Assembly: GCF_000020025.1 (NCBI RefSeq)
Contig: NC_010628.1
Location: 1,380,001-1,412,000 of the forward strand
Length of the DNA stretch: 32,000 bases
Direction of reading: 5' to 3'
Source of the DNA: Nostoc punctiforme PCC 73102
Lineage (GTDB): Bacteria; Cyanobacteriota; Cyanobacteriia; Cyanobacteriales; Nostocaceae
This document shows positions 1 to 8,065 of this stretch, in pieces. The notes under the pieces are model-generated. The model ran no database searches and was not told where the DNA came from. It worked only from the letters and a program-made list of their open reading frames with translations. The first letter of the stretch is position 1. Each line of letters opens with the position of its first letter. The position numbers and the translations under genes were made by a program.

Positions 1-41
1 GTGACTGTTAAATACAGCATCAAACCTTTAGGAGAATCACA

Positions 42-593
42 ATGGTTCAACTTAGCGAACGTCCCGGCACCAAAAAAATCACAAACTTGCAGGATAAGTT
101 CATCTATGAGCTTGGTGGTATATACGATGCTGAACACCGCTTTTTGGAAGCACAGCAATTAATGTGGCAGTATAGCCAACATAGCCAGTTGAAGTCCTTG
201 CTCGAAACCCATATTGGCGAAACCGAGCAGCAAATTAGGAATTTAGAGCAGGTATTCAGGACCTTGGGACAGCAACCGCAGCGCGTTACTTGTGATGCGG
301 CGGCTGGTCTGATTAGTGATGGTCAAAAATTAACACTACTGTCTGCTGATAATCCTCAAATTGTGGATTTAGGGCTAGCAGGCGGACAGGCCAAGGTAGA
401 ACAGTTGGAAATTGCCGCCTATCGTGCTTTGATTAGAGGTGCCGAGCAGATGGGGCAGAACGAAGTAGTGCAGCTGCTACAGCAAAACTTGCAGCAGGAA
501 GAGCAGACAGCTAAAAAGATTGAGCAGCATCTGCCACAGTTACTTAAAGAGGCAAAGTCGGCTGAAGGTTCAAATGCTAATAGGTCTCGTTAA
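42..593 (+). CDS. DUF892 / YciE-YciF-type ferritin-like four-helix stress protein
   Basis: 183-aa ORF with AGGAG 7 nt upstream of the ATG. The two-halved helical pattern (DAEHRFLEAQ...HIGETEQQIRNLEQVF, then QAKVEQLEIAAYRALI...NLQQEEQTAKKIEQ) matches my memory of E. coli YciF/YciE. An intrinsic terminator follows. Confidence 0.75.
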   Translation: MVQLSERPGTKKITNLQDKFIYELGGIYDAEHRFLEAQQLMWQYSQHSQLKSLLETHIGETEQQIRNLEQVFRTLGQQPQRVTCDAAAGLISDGQKLTLLSADNPQIVDLGLAGGQAKVEQLEIAAYRALIRGAEQMGQNEVVQLLQQNLQQEEQTAKKIEQHLPQLLKEAKSAEGSNANRSR

Positions 594-626
594 TCTTGTG
601 TAAACTACTGGTGTAGTGGACTAAAA

Positions 627-662
627 AACAAGCGAGGCAACCATCGGTCTCGCTTGTTTTTT
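627..662 (+). terminator. Rho-independent terminator downstream of the DUF892 gene
   Basis: Perfect 10-bp stem AACAAGCGAG (627-636) / CTCGCTTGTT (649-658), 12-nt loop, then TTTT (659-662). Confidence 0.7.
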
Positions 663-819
663 GGTTTGTACGATACCTTTTCTGCGGAACGCTAACCACT
701 GATGCACTTTTAAAGCAATTTTAAGAATAAGAATATATTTAGCAATATTCTGCTTTTTCTTGAACCCGACTATTTGTAGAAGTCTGGTTCAAACTATATA
801 TTTAGACTAGGTTTCAGAA

Positions 820-904
820 CGGAGAGGGGGGGATTCGAACCCCCGTTAAGTTTCCCTAAACAGACTTTCCAGGTCTGCGCCTTAAACCACTCGGCCACCT
901 CTCC
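820..904 (-). tRNA. tRNA-Ser (anticodon GGA), type II with long variable arm
   Basis: The reverse complement folds as a cloverleaf. Acceptor GGAGAGG/CCTCTCC; anticodon stem CAGAC/GTCTG with loop CUGGAAA (anticodon GGA); variable arm UUAGG-GAAA-CUUAA; T arm GGGGG-TTCGAAT-CCCCC; discriminator G. No CCA is encoded. Confidence 0.9.
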
Positions 905-1011
905 AGGTGCCACAAGTTACGATCATACTATAGAATCCCAGAAAATGCAAAGATAAAGAAAGATATTCTTAGATTGAATCTGAAAGTCCTAATTCCACAA
1001 CGCAAATCCAG

Positions 1012-1380
1012 ATGTCCCGTACATACACAATTAAAGTTCGCGATCGCGCCACTGGCAAAACACACACCCTAAAAGTGCCAGAAGACCGTTATATCCTGCA
1101 CACTGCCGAAAAACAAGGTGTGGAACTACCGTTTTCCTGTCGCAACGGAGCTTGCACCGCTTGTGCTGTGAGGGTATTGTCAGGAGAAATTTATCAACCA
1201 GAGGCGATCGGATTGTCACCAGATTTACGTCAGCAAGGTTATGCCCTGTTGTGTGTGAGTTATCCCCGTTCTGACTTGGAAGTAGAGACACAAGACGAAG
1301 ATGAAGTCTACGAACTCCAGTTTGGGCGCTATTTTGCTAAGGGGAAAGTTAAAGCGGGTTTACCGTTAGATGAGGAATAA
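1012..1380 (+). CDS. Plant-type [2Fe-2S] ferredoxin with C-terminal extension (Fed2/FdC2-like)
   Basis: 122 aa. Cluster ligands are C-x4-C-x2-C (SCRNGACTACAV) plus a distal Cys in GYALLCVSYP. The extra C-terminal tail (EDEVYELQFGRYFAKGK...) resembles the extended Fed2/FdC2 class rather than the ~99-aa PetF. Confidence 0.85.
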   Translation: MSRTYTIKVRDRATGKTHTLKVPEDRYILHTAEKQGVELPFSCRNGACTACAVRVLSGEIYQPEAIGLSPDLRQQGYALLCVSYPRSDLEVETQDEDEVYELQFGRYFAKGKVKAGLPLDEE

Positions 1381-1495
1381 ACAATTGAATAAGGCAGGAG
1401 GCAGGTGGTCGCCGAGCGCAGCCGAGGTGAGGCAGGGAGCAGGGGGCAAGAAGTTCTGCTCTCTAGGCGCAGCAGCGACCATAGGAGAATTTGTG

Positions 1496-2041
1496 ATGGT
1501 TGTGAGTCTTGGTAACTGGATACGAAAAATAGCCATTTTGGTTTGCTTATTGCTCTTGGTGAGTTGCCAAAGCAAAAACCAGTTGCCAAATAATCAGGCT
1601 CAGGTGAAAGTAGCGCGGGTAGTTAGCGGGCAAAGTTTGGAAGTGTTAGGAATGGCTGAACAACCGAATTTGATTTCTCAAGTGCGGTTAGTTGGCGTTG
1701 ATGCACCAGATTTGCGACAGAGACCTTGGGGAGAAGCAGCAAAAGAACAGTTAGAAAATCTTATTGGTGGTGCAGAAGAATTGGTTGAACTAGAGTTTGA
1801 TTTAGAAGCAAAAGATAAAATCGGGCGAACTCTAGCTTATGTATGGAAAAATAAGGTGTTGTTGAATGAAGAATTAGTGAAACAAGGGAATGCAATGTTT
1901 GTTGGGCGATCGCCTAACCACAAATATGACCAGCGTTTAGAACGTGCCCAACAATGGGCTAGACTCATGGGTCAAGGAATCTGGAACCCAGAAAAACCCA
2001 TGCGCCTCACTCCCGCCGAGTTTCGCCGCCAAAATCTTTAA
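1496..2041 (+). CDS. Thermonuclease (staphylococcal nuclease, SNase-fold) lipoprotein
   Basis: The start is placed at ATG 1496, with AGGAG at 1483-1487. Signal peptide with lipobox LLLVSC. SNase motifs VRLVGVDAPD, GRTLAYVW and NEELVKQGNA. The ORF-track start at 1370 translates a G-rich repeat. Confidence 0.75.
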   Translation: MVVSLGNWIRKIAILVCLLLLVSCQSKNQLPNNQAQVKVARVVSGQSLEVLGMAEQPNLISQVRLVGVDAPDLRQRPWGEAAKEQLENLIGGAEELVELEFDLEAKDKIGRTLAYVWKNKVLLNEELVKQGNAMFVGRSPNHKYDQRLERAQQWARLMGQGIWNPEKPMRLTPAEFRRQNL

Positions 2042-2142
2042 TTAGTGCTGAGTGCTGTTAGCGGATAGCTAAGGTTTAGCCCGTGCTGAGGGTGAGAGTG
2101 GGGGAGTGAGTAAGTGAAGAAGTAATCAATGCCCAATAACAA

Positions 2143-2955
2143 ATGACAAATATACAAATTTTTCTAGATATTGCTACAGAAGCAGCCTTAGCTGCTGGTG
2201 CTATTTTGCAAGGTTACTTAGGTAAGTTAGAAGACGCAATTATTGAAAAAGGTCGCCCTGGTGATTTAGTCACGGCTGCTGATAAAGCCTCAGAAGAGTT
2301 GATTTTAGAAATTTTGCATCGCCATTTTCCCCAGCACTCTATCCTCGCTGAAGAATCAGGCAAATTAGGTAATCAAGAAAATGAATACCTCTGGGCAATA
2401 GATCCTCTAGATGGCACAACCAACTACGCCCATCAATACCCGTTTTTTGCAGTTTCTATTGGGCTGTTAATTAATGGCGTTCCAGAAGTTGGTGTAATTT
2501 ATGACCCATTCCATAATGAGCTATTCAGTGCGGCTACTGGCTTGGGAGCAACGCGAAATCGTCGTCCCATCAATGTTTCGGCAACATCTGAACTGAGTAA
2601 AAGCCTACTAGTAACTGGATTTGCCTACGATCGCCGTGAAACCTCTGATAACAACTACGCAGAATTTAGTCACCTCACCCACCTTACGCAAGGGGTTAGA
2701 CGTAGCGGTTCAGCATCGCTAGATTTGGCTTATGTTGCCTGTGGGCGTGTCGATGGTTACTGGGAACGAGGGCTTTCTCCTTGGGATATTGCCGCCGGGA
2801 TAATTTTGTTGCAAGAAGCCGGGGGCAAAGTCACCGCATACAATGGCACTCCTGTCAAAATTGAGTCAGGTAGAATTCTGGCCACAAATGGTTATATTCA
2901 CGACTCTCTCAGTAACGAACTGTTACAAGTTCCGCCACTATCAGCCTGGGTATAG
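2143..2955 (+). CDS. Inositol monophosphatase family protein (SuhB/IMPase/HisN-like)
   Basis: 270 aa. Carries the family motifs AEESG, WAIDPLDGTTNY and WDIAAG. Confidence 0.85.
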   Translation: MTNIQIFLDIATEAALAAGAILQGYLGKLEDAIIEKGRPGDLVTAADKASEELILEILHRHFPQHSILAEESGKLGNQENEYLWAIDPLDGTTNYAHQYPFFAVSIGLLINGVPEVGVIYDPFHNELFSAATGLGATRNRRPINVSATSELSKSLLVTGFAYDRRETSDNNYAEFSHLTHLTQGVRRSGSASLDLAYVACGRVDGYWERGLSPWDIAAGIILLQEAGGKVTAYNGTPVKIESGRILATNGYIHDSLSNELLQVPPLSAWV

Positions 2956-3035
2956 CACGTGGGGGTGGGGGCTTTCCCTCCGACTTTGGGTAAACTAAAA
3001 GGAATCTAACTGCTCCTTTGGTGCAAAAAGTCTAT

Positions 3036-3998
3036 ATGTCTTTCAAAATAGATCGTGGATTATTTAAATATGATTTCATAGATCATCACGCAATATTGTG
3101 CGTTCCAGTTGATGCGGATGTCAAAGAGATTCGGAAACGCTATCTCCAAATTGCCCGCCGCTTACACCCGGATAGTAGGTTTACTGAAAGTGATGAACAA
3201 AAACAGCTAGGAAACGAATTGTTATCAAAGTTGGTTAACCCAGCTTACGAAAAACTTGCTGGCGATCGCACTCGCACGGAATATATTTTAATTTTGTCGC
3301 AAATCGGCAAGCGCTTGCTACAAGAGTCTACTTCGGTGACTCTCACCACCGACTTGGCTAAAGAGTTAGCTAAGTCACCTAATATCGATCATGTCTATAA
3401 AAGTGCGATCGCTAAACTAGCTCAAAGCCAATATGATTCTTTAGACCAAGTGCAGCAAATTATTGCCCAAATTAGTGAGTTGAATTTAGTCTATTTAATG
3501 CGGAGTGCAAGCAAAACATCCGCTGCGCCGTTGCCACCTACTCAACCCAAAGTTCAATCAGGTATACCTCAACCAAATACACCAAAAAATACACTCCCAA
3601 AACCAGCACCAGCGCCACCAAAAGAAGATACGGTTGTAGAACAGTATGTTCGTCGCGCTCAATCTTTGATTGACAAAAACCAATTTGCCCAAGCCAAAGT
3701 AGAGTTGCAAGATGCCCTGAAGCTAGAACCTAAAAATAGTCGCTGCCATAGCTTGATTGCAATGGTGTATTTGAGGCAAAACCAGCTAAAAATGGCAAAA
3801 ATCCACTTTGAAAACGCTTTAAAGTTAGATCCTAATGACGAAACGGCATTGCAATGGAAACCTAAAATAGATAAGGCATTAGCACAACACCCTAACGATC
3901 ATAAGGTGACTTCATCCGCCAATAATGGAGATAAGCAACCAGATAAATCTGGTAGTGGTGGTTTGTTCGGTGGTTTGTTTGGTGGGAAGAAAAAATAA
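3036..3998 (+). CDS. J-domain (DnaJ-like) protein with C-terminal TPR repeats
   Basis: J-domain signature IRKRYLQIARRLHPD (HPD tripeptide), a Pro-rich linker, then TPR-like AKVELQDALKLEPKN / HFENALKLDPND. An alternative TTG start lies at 3018. The stop overlaps the hisZ ATG. Confidence 0.75.
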   Translation: MSFKIDRGLFKYDFIDHHAILCVPVDADVKEIRKRYLQIARRLHPDSRFTESDEQKQLGNELLSKLVNPAYEKLAGDRTRTEYILILSQIGKRLLQESTSVTLTTDLAKELAKSPNIDHVYKSAIAKLAQSQYDSLDQVQQIIAQISELNLVYLMRSASKTSAAPLPPTQPKVQSGIPQPNTPKNTLPKPAPAPPKEDTVVEQYVRRAQSLIDKNQFAQAKVELQDALKLEPKNSRCHSLIAMVYLRQNQLKMAKIHFENALKLDPNDETALQWKPKIDKALAQHPNDHKVTSSANNGDKQPDKSGSGGLFGGLFGGKKK

Positions 3999-5209
3999 TG
4001 GTGTATCAGCCAGCATCGGGTGCCAGGGATTTATTGCCCTTGGATGTGGAGAAAAAACGCTGGATTGAAGATCGGTTACAGCAGGTGTTTCATCGTTGGG
4101 GATATCACAGGATTATCACCTCAACTTTAGAGCGTATGGATACCTTGATGGCAGGGGAAGCAATTCAGCGCCAGATGGTGATTCAACTACAAAATGGCGA
4201 AGATGATGAATTAGGGCTACGTCCAGAATTAACAGCATCCATTGCTCGTACTGTTGTCACTCGCATGGCAAATGCAACTTATCCGCAACGGTTGTACTAC
4301 AACGCCAATGTGTTTCGCCGCACGTGGGAAAGTAGGCATAATCGCCAGCAAGAGTTTTATCAAGCTGGAGTGGAGTTGTTAGGTGCTGGCGGATTGCTGG
4401 CGAATGCGGAAGTACTGCTGCTAGTCGCGGATTGTTTAGCAGCATTGGGTTTGCGACAATGGCACTTAATTTTAGGTGAAGCGGGAATTACGCGATCGCT
4501 CCTGAGTGCATTTCCGGCTAATTTACAGGATAAAGTTCGCAGTGCGATCGCTCATCTCGACCGCATTACCATAGATACTTTACCTTTGAGTGACAAACTA
4601 CGCGATCGCGCCCAAATCATCATGGATTTGCGTGGCCCAAGTGCAGACGTGTTGCAAAAAGTTAGTAGCCTGGATCTAGATGAAGAACAGCGAGAAGCAG
4701 TAAATAACCTCAAATCCCTAGTAGAATTACTAGAATCAGAGAAAAAATTTCCGTTAATCCTTGATCTCAGCCTGATCCAGACTATAGATTACTACACTGG
4801 TATTGTCTTTGAAGTTGTCAACGACACCGAATCCCAAGCCAGAGTTTTAGGGCGAGGTGGTCGCTATGACCAACTTTTGGGGCTATATCATCCTCAAAGA
4901 GAAAATATACCTGGTATTGGTTTTGGACTCAGCATTGAAGATTTATACCAAGTTTTGTTATCTACTCAGCAATTACCACAAGTAACCCCAGCGAGTAACT
5001 ATTTGGTAGTACCAGAGACGGGCAGTGCTAACGCCGCTGCCTTTGCCTACGCGCAAAAACTCAGAGATTCTACTGATTTGGTGCGGGTAGAAATTGATTT
5101 GGGGGGAAGGGATGCAGAGGCTATTCGCCAATATGCACGCGATCGCAGCATAGCCCAAATTGCTTGGATCAAAGCTGATAGTTCGCCAAAAATTGAATCA
5201 TTGCGTTAA
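3998..5209 (+). CDS. hisZ: ATP phosphoribosyltransferase regulatory subunit (HisRS paralogue)
   Basis: 403 aa. N-terminus PASGARDLLPLDVEKKRWIEDRLQQVFHRWGYHRIITSTLERMDTL and the GRGGRYDQLLG motif are HisZ/HisRS-like, with no anticodon-binding domain. The ATG overlaps the upstream stop (ATAATGG). Confidence 0.85.
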   Translation: MVYQPASGARDLLPLDVEKKRWIEDRLQQVFHRWGYHRIITSTLERMDTLMAGEAIQRQMVIQLQNGEDDELGLRPELTASIARTVVTRMANATYPQRLYYNANVFRRTWESRHNRQQEFYQAGVELLGAGGLLANAEVLLLVADCLAALGLRQWHLILGEAGITRSLLSAFPANLQDKVRSAIAHLDRITIDTLPLSDKLRDRAQIIMDLRGPSADVLQKVSSLDLDEEQREAVNNLKSLVELLESEKKFPLILDLSLIQTIDYYTGIVFEVVNDTESQARVLGRGGRYDQLLGLYHPQRENIPGIGFGLSIEDLYQVLLSTQQLPQVTPASNYLVVPETGSANAAAFAYAQKLRDSTDLVRVEIDLGGRDAEAIRQYARDRSIAQIAWIKADSSPKIESLR

Positions 5210-5213
5210 TTGA

Positions 5214-5281
5214 GTTGGGGATTGGGCATGGGGTATGGGGCATTGCTTTATCTCCCCCATCTCCCCCACTCTCCACTCCCC
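5214..5281. repeat. Composite dispersed repeat (GGGGATT/GGGCATG heptamers plus a C-rich arm), inverted copy of the family at 30094-30190
   Basis: The sequence gttggggattgggcatggggtatggggcattgctttatctcccccatctcccccactctccactcccc is the reverse orientation of the G-rich + CCCCAAT composite seen at 30094-30190 and 31841-31943. Confidence 0.55.
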
Positions 5282-5403
5282 AGCTACGCGATCTAGATGA
5301 TACTGTAATTTTAAAAACTGCTGTAGCAGCCAATGTCGAAGTTATTGTAACTAGCGATTTAGATTTATCGGTGCTGACAGAATTTAATGCAATTCCCATT
5401 TGA
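5281..5403 (+). pseudogene. C-terminal remnant of a PIN-domain (toxin-like) gene
   Basis: Within ORF 5215-5403, only the last ~40 aa (LRDLDDTVILKTAVAANVEVIVTSDLDLSVLTEFNAIPI) resemble the C-terminal D-x-x-x-A-x-A-x-x-x-x-IVT-x-D-x-DL segment of PIN proteins. The first ~22 aa are a translation of the repeat at 5214-5281, and the ORF starts at TTG. Confidence 0.5.
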
Positions 5404-5459
5404 CACCGCAAGATTTTCTCTATCGGTATTTTCCTAAGATCCTCTAATTTTAAAAAAGT

Positions 5460-5882
5460 TCATATAAACCAGTTCTCGACTTGTAGTTCGATAAAATCAC
5501 CGTAGTCTGACACATTATTAGTAACAAGTATCAAACCGTTAACTTTAGAAATTGCAGCAATTTGACCATCTGCAAATGATGGCGTTTTGCCAATAGTTAC
5601 TAAACGTGCTCTTTCTGTAGCGTGCCATCTAGCGGCGTTAGTATCGTATGGCAGTAAGGGTATATTAGGCTGAACTACTTCTTGGAGATATTTTTCTATA
5701 GTTTTACGTTTGTTAGATTCTGGAAGACGGTAGCATCCAAAAATTAGTTCATGATAGACAACAGTTGCTGTTGCTATTTCATCTTCATGTCGCCGCAGCA
5801 TTTTGATAACATTGGGATTGGGAATTGGGCGCAATGGCTCAGAAAGAATATTAGTATCTAATAAAAAGCGCAAGTTTACCAA
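5460..5882 (-). CDS. vapC: VapC-type PIN-domain toxin
   Basis: 140 aa. N-terminal FLLDTNIL (first acidic PIN residue), VYHELIFG, ADGQIAAIS and LVTNNVSDY. TTG start that overlaps the upstream antitoxin stop by 7 nt (TTGGTAA). Confidence 0.8.
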   Translation of the reverse strand: MVNLRFLLDTNILSEPLRPIPNPNVIKMLRRHEDEIATATVVYHELIFGCYRLPESNKRKTIEKYLQEVVQPNIPLLPYDTNAARWHATERARLVTIGKTPSFADGQIAAISKVNGLILVTNNVSDYGDFIELQVENWFI

Positions 5883-6124
5883 GTTACCTCACGTCCTGGT
5901 GAAGAATCTCGCACATCTACAAAAACTTCTGGTTCAATACCTGCGGTTTCTAATTCTTGTTCTTGGCGAAATTTTTCTAGAGATTTCCAGAATTGCGATT
6001 CAGCAGTGACGATAGTTGTAGAGTCTTCGTATAAAATCTCAATGATTATTTCTTGCCCATCAGGAATATTTATTTCCTGAAATATCTCTATAGTGTTTTT
6101 GCGCTTGATGCCTTTAATTTTCAT
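5876..6124 (-). CDS. VapB-like antitoxin partner of VapC
   Basis: 82-aa ORF immediately upstream of vapC and overlapping it. The C-terminal ...DVRDSSPGREVTW resembles small antitoxins paired with cyanobacterial PIN toxins (from memory). Confidence 0.6.
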   Translation of the reverse strand: MKIKGIKRKNTIEIFQEINIPDGQEIIIEILYEDSTTIVTAESQFWKSLEKFRQEQELETAGIEPEVFVDVRDSSPGREVTW

Positions 6125-6195
6125 ATAATTACGAATTACAAATTACGAATTATATTGACTGGTTTGTGAATCTTTACAATTTTCTTCTGTAAGGT

Positions 6196-6621
6196 TTATA
6201 TATTACAGCTTAGAAGTCTCGATCCGATAGAAGGTATTACCAAACCTCTCATCCACTCTGCCTTCTGCCTCTTTTTTCCCCTTCCTTGCGTCGGGAGATG
6301 TCCATGTGGGACTTTTATATCGAAGGTGAAGTTAAATTCTCTTTGACTCCGCCAGCCCACACGATCGCCAAACTTACACCATGTTTCATAATCAGCATCT
6401 AGCGTTCCCCCGATGCTTTCCCAAATGCGCTTTTGCACACTAAAGCCAAACTGCCCATTGCTATATCTTAGCCAAAGTCGGTCTATTGTGCGTAACTCAG
6501 TGCAGGGAAAGCTGTTGATGGATTGAATATCAAGCCAGCCTTCTTTTTCTCGACCAGCCACCCTTAACATAATTGTCAAAGTTTCCCGATCCGCTTCTTG
6601 CCATTTCGAATCGGCTAGCAA
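6196..6621 (-). CDS. GUN4-like domain protein (start uncertain, possibly 5'-truncated)
   Basis: KWQEADRETLTIMLRVAGREKEGWLDIQSINSFPCTELRTIDRLWLRYSNGQFGFSVQKRIW is the GUN4-domain core. There is no ATG: the ORF begins at TTG 6621. Domain-like residues (YFWRLRDL) continue upstream to an in-frame TAA-TAG-TAA. Confidence 0.6.
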   Translation of the reverse strand: MLADSKWQEADRETLTIMLRVAGREKEGWLDIQSINSFPCTELRTIDRLWLRYSNGQFGFSVQKRIWESIGGTLDADYETWCKFGDRVGWRSQREFNFTFDIKVPHGHLPTQGRGKKRQKAEWMRGLVIPSIGSRLLSCNI

Positions 6622-6812
6622 ATCGCGCAGACGCCAAAAATATTGCTTTCGTTACTATTAAGGGTAAATTTGAAAATTCCGAGTTACGAGCTAGTAATGA
6701 ATAGAAATTGCAGTCTCATCCAGACTCACCTTGACACCAGTATCTCCAATCCTCATCCCCACTCCCCTGCTAGGCTAGAAATAGCCGATACAGAAAAGAG
6801 GGAATCGAGAAC

Positions 6813-7037
6813 ATGCCGCACACAATTGTTACAGAAGTCTGTGAAGGCGTAGCTGACTGCGTAGATGCCTGTCCAGTAGCTTGTATTCATGATGGCCCAG
6901 GTAAAAATGCCAAGGGAACAGATTGGTACTGGATTGACTTTGCCACTTGCATCGACTGTGGTATATGTCTCCAAGTTTGCCCAGTAGAAGGGGCGATTCT
7001 GGCAGAAGAACGACCGGAGTTGCAAAAAACTCCGTAA
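6813..7037 (+). CDS. Small dicluster ferredoxin ([3Fe-4S]/[4Fe-4S] 7Fe-type pattern)
   Basis: 74 aa. First motif is C-x5-C-x3-CP (CEGVADCVDACP, middle Cys missing); second is C-x2-C-x2-C-x3-CP (CIDCGICLQVCP). Confidence 0.8.
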   Translation: MPHTIVTEVCEGVADCVDACPVACIHDGPGKNAKGTDWYWIDFATCIDCGICLQVCPVEGAILAEERPELQKTP

Positions 7038-7045
7038 TAGTCCAT

Positions 7046-7086
7046 AGTCAACAGTCAATAGTTATTTTTTGACTTGACTGTTGACT
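7046..7086 (+). repeat. STRR-derived hairpin (AGTCAAC/CAACAGT heptamers) just 3' of the ferredoxin gene
   Basis: Perfect 13-bp inverted repeat AGTCAACAGTCAA (7046-7058) / TTGACTGTTGACT (7074-7086) with a 15-nt T-rich loop. No T-run follows the stem, so it is a possible but non-canonical terminator. Confidence 0.6.
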
Positions 7087-7304
7087 GAAGAGGCAGGGGA
7101 GCAGAGGGAAGGGGGCAGGGAGAAGATAATGGAAATATACTGATACAAGGGTTTTAGAGCAAATAAATTTATTCTCAAAAGTAAAAATATTTATTTTGAG
7201 CGGAAAGCGCCACAAGAAATAATACGTCCTTGCCTCAAGCCCCTAAATTTAATTTATGGGTTTCTCCCACTGTTCCCCACTCTCTGCCCCTTTTCCTCTT
7301 TTTG

Positions 7305-7349
7305 ACCAATGACAAACTACAAATGACAAATGACAAATGACAAATGACT
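7305..7349. repeat. STRR-type heptamer tandem repeat (ACAAATG x4 plus degenerate copies)
   Basis: accaatg acaaact acaaatg acaaatg acaaatg acaaatg act. The last full copy supplies the ATG of the CDS at 7337. Confidence 0.85.
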
Positions 7350-8065
7350 ATTTACTAGATGTTCAAAATGTCCATGCTGGATACATCAAAGATGTAGATA
7401 TCCTACAAGGTGTGAATTTCCTGGTTGCCCCAGGAGAATTGGTAACAGTGATAGGCCCCAATGGTGCTGGTAAATCTACTTTGGCAAAAGCAATTTTTGG
7501 GCTTTTGATCCCCCACACAGGCACAATTACCTTCAAAGGTGAAAATATCGTGGGGCTAAAGTCCAATGAAATTGTTCAACGAGGAATGTGTTATGTACCA
7601 CAAATCGCCAATGTTTTCCCCTCTCTCAGTGTTGAAGAGAACTTGGAGATGGGTGCTTTTGTACTTAATGTTCCTCTGAAACCAATTAAAGATAAAATAT
7701 TTACTATGTTCCCCAAACTGAGCGATCGCCGTCGTCAACGGGCTGGTACTCTCTCTGGAGGAGAACGCCAGATGCTAGCGATGGGCAAAGCTTTGATGTT
7801 GGAACCTAGTTTGCTGATTTTGGATGAACCATCTGCTGCTTTATCCCCGATCTTAGTGACACAAGTATTTGAGCAGATTAAACAAATTAATCAGGCGGGA
7901 ACTGCGATCGTATTAGTAGAACAAAATGCCCGTAAAGCCTTAGAGATGGCTGATCGCGGCTATGTACTGGAGTCTGGACGCGATGCTATCTCGGGCCTTG
8001 GTCAAGAACTGTTGAACGATCCTAAAGTGGGTGAACTATATCTGGGAGCAGGTAAAAGACATTAA
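7337..8065 (+). CDS. Branched-chain/neutral amino-acid ABC transporter ATP-binding subunit (LivF/NatE/UrtE type)
   Basis: 242 aa. Walker A GPNGAGKST, signature LSGGERQ, Walker B LLILDEPS. The LivF-like N-terminus (LLDVQNVHAGY) and C-terminus (LLNDPKVGELYLG) fit. It stands alone without permease genes, as reported for Anabaena natE (from memory). Confidence 0.85.
   Translation: MTNDYLLDVQNVHAGYIKDVDILQGVNFLVAPGELVTVIGPNGAGKSTLAKAIFGLLIPHTGTITFKGENIVGLKSNEIVQRGMCYVPQIANVFPSLSVEENLEMGAFVLNVPLKPIKDKIFTMFPKLSDRRRQRAGTLSGGERQMLAMGKALMLEPSLLILDEPSAALSPILVTQVFEQIKQINQAGTAIVLVEQNARKALEMADRGYVLESGRDAISGLGQELLNDPKVGELYLGAGKRH

Noticed and set aside
1370-1495. N-terminal 42-aa extension of the nuclease ORF, overlapping the ferredoxin stop.
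   Set aside because: The extension (NKAGGRWSPSAAEVRQGAGGKKF...) translates the G-rich dispersed repeat at 1393-1450. An AGGAG-preceded ATG at 1496 starts a proper lipoprotein signal peptide.
5169-7058. Short ORFs 5169-5411(-), 5803-6009(+), 6643-6852(+) and 6753-7058(-).
   Set aside because: They overlap better-supported genes (PIN remnant and repeat, vapBC, ferredoxin) or translate repeat or promoter DNA. None has a recognisable motif.
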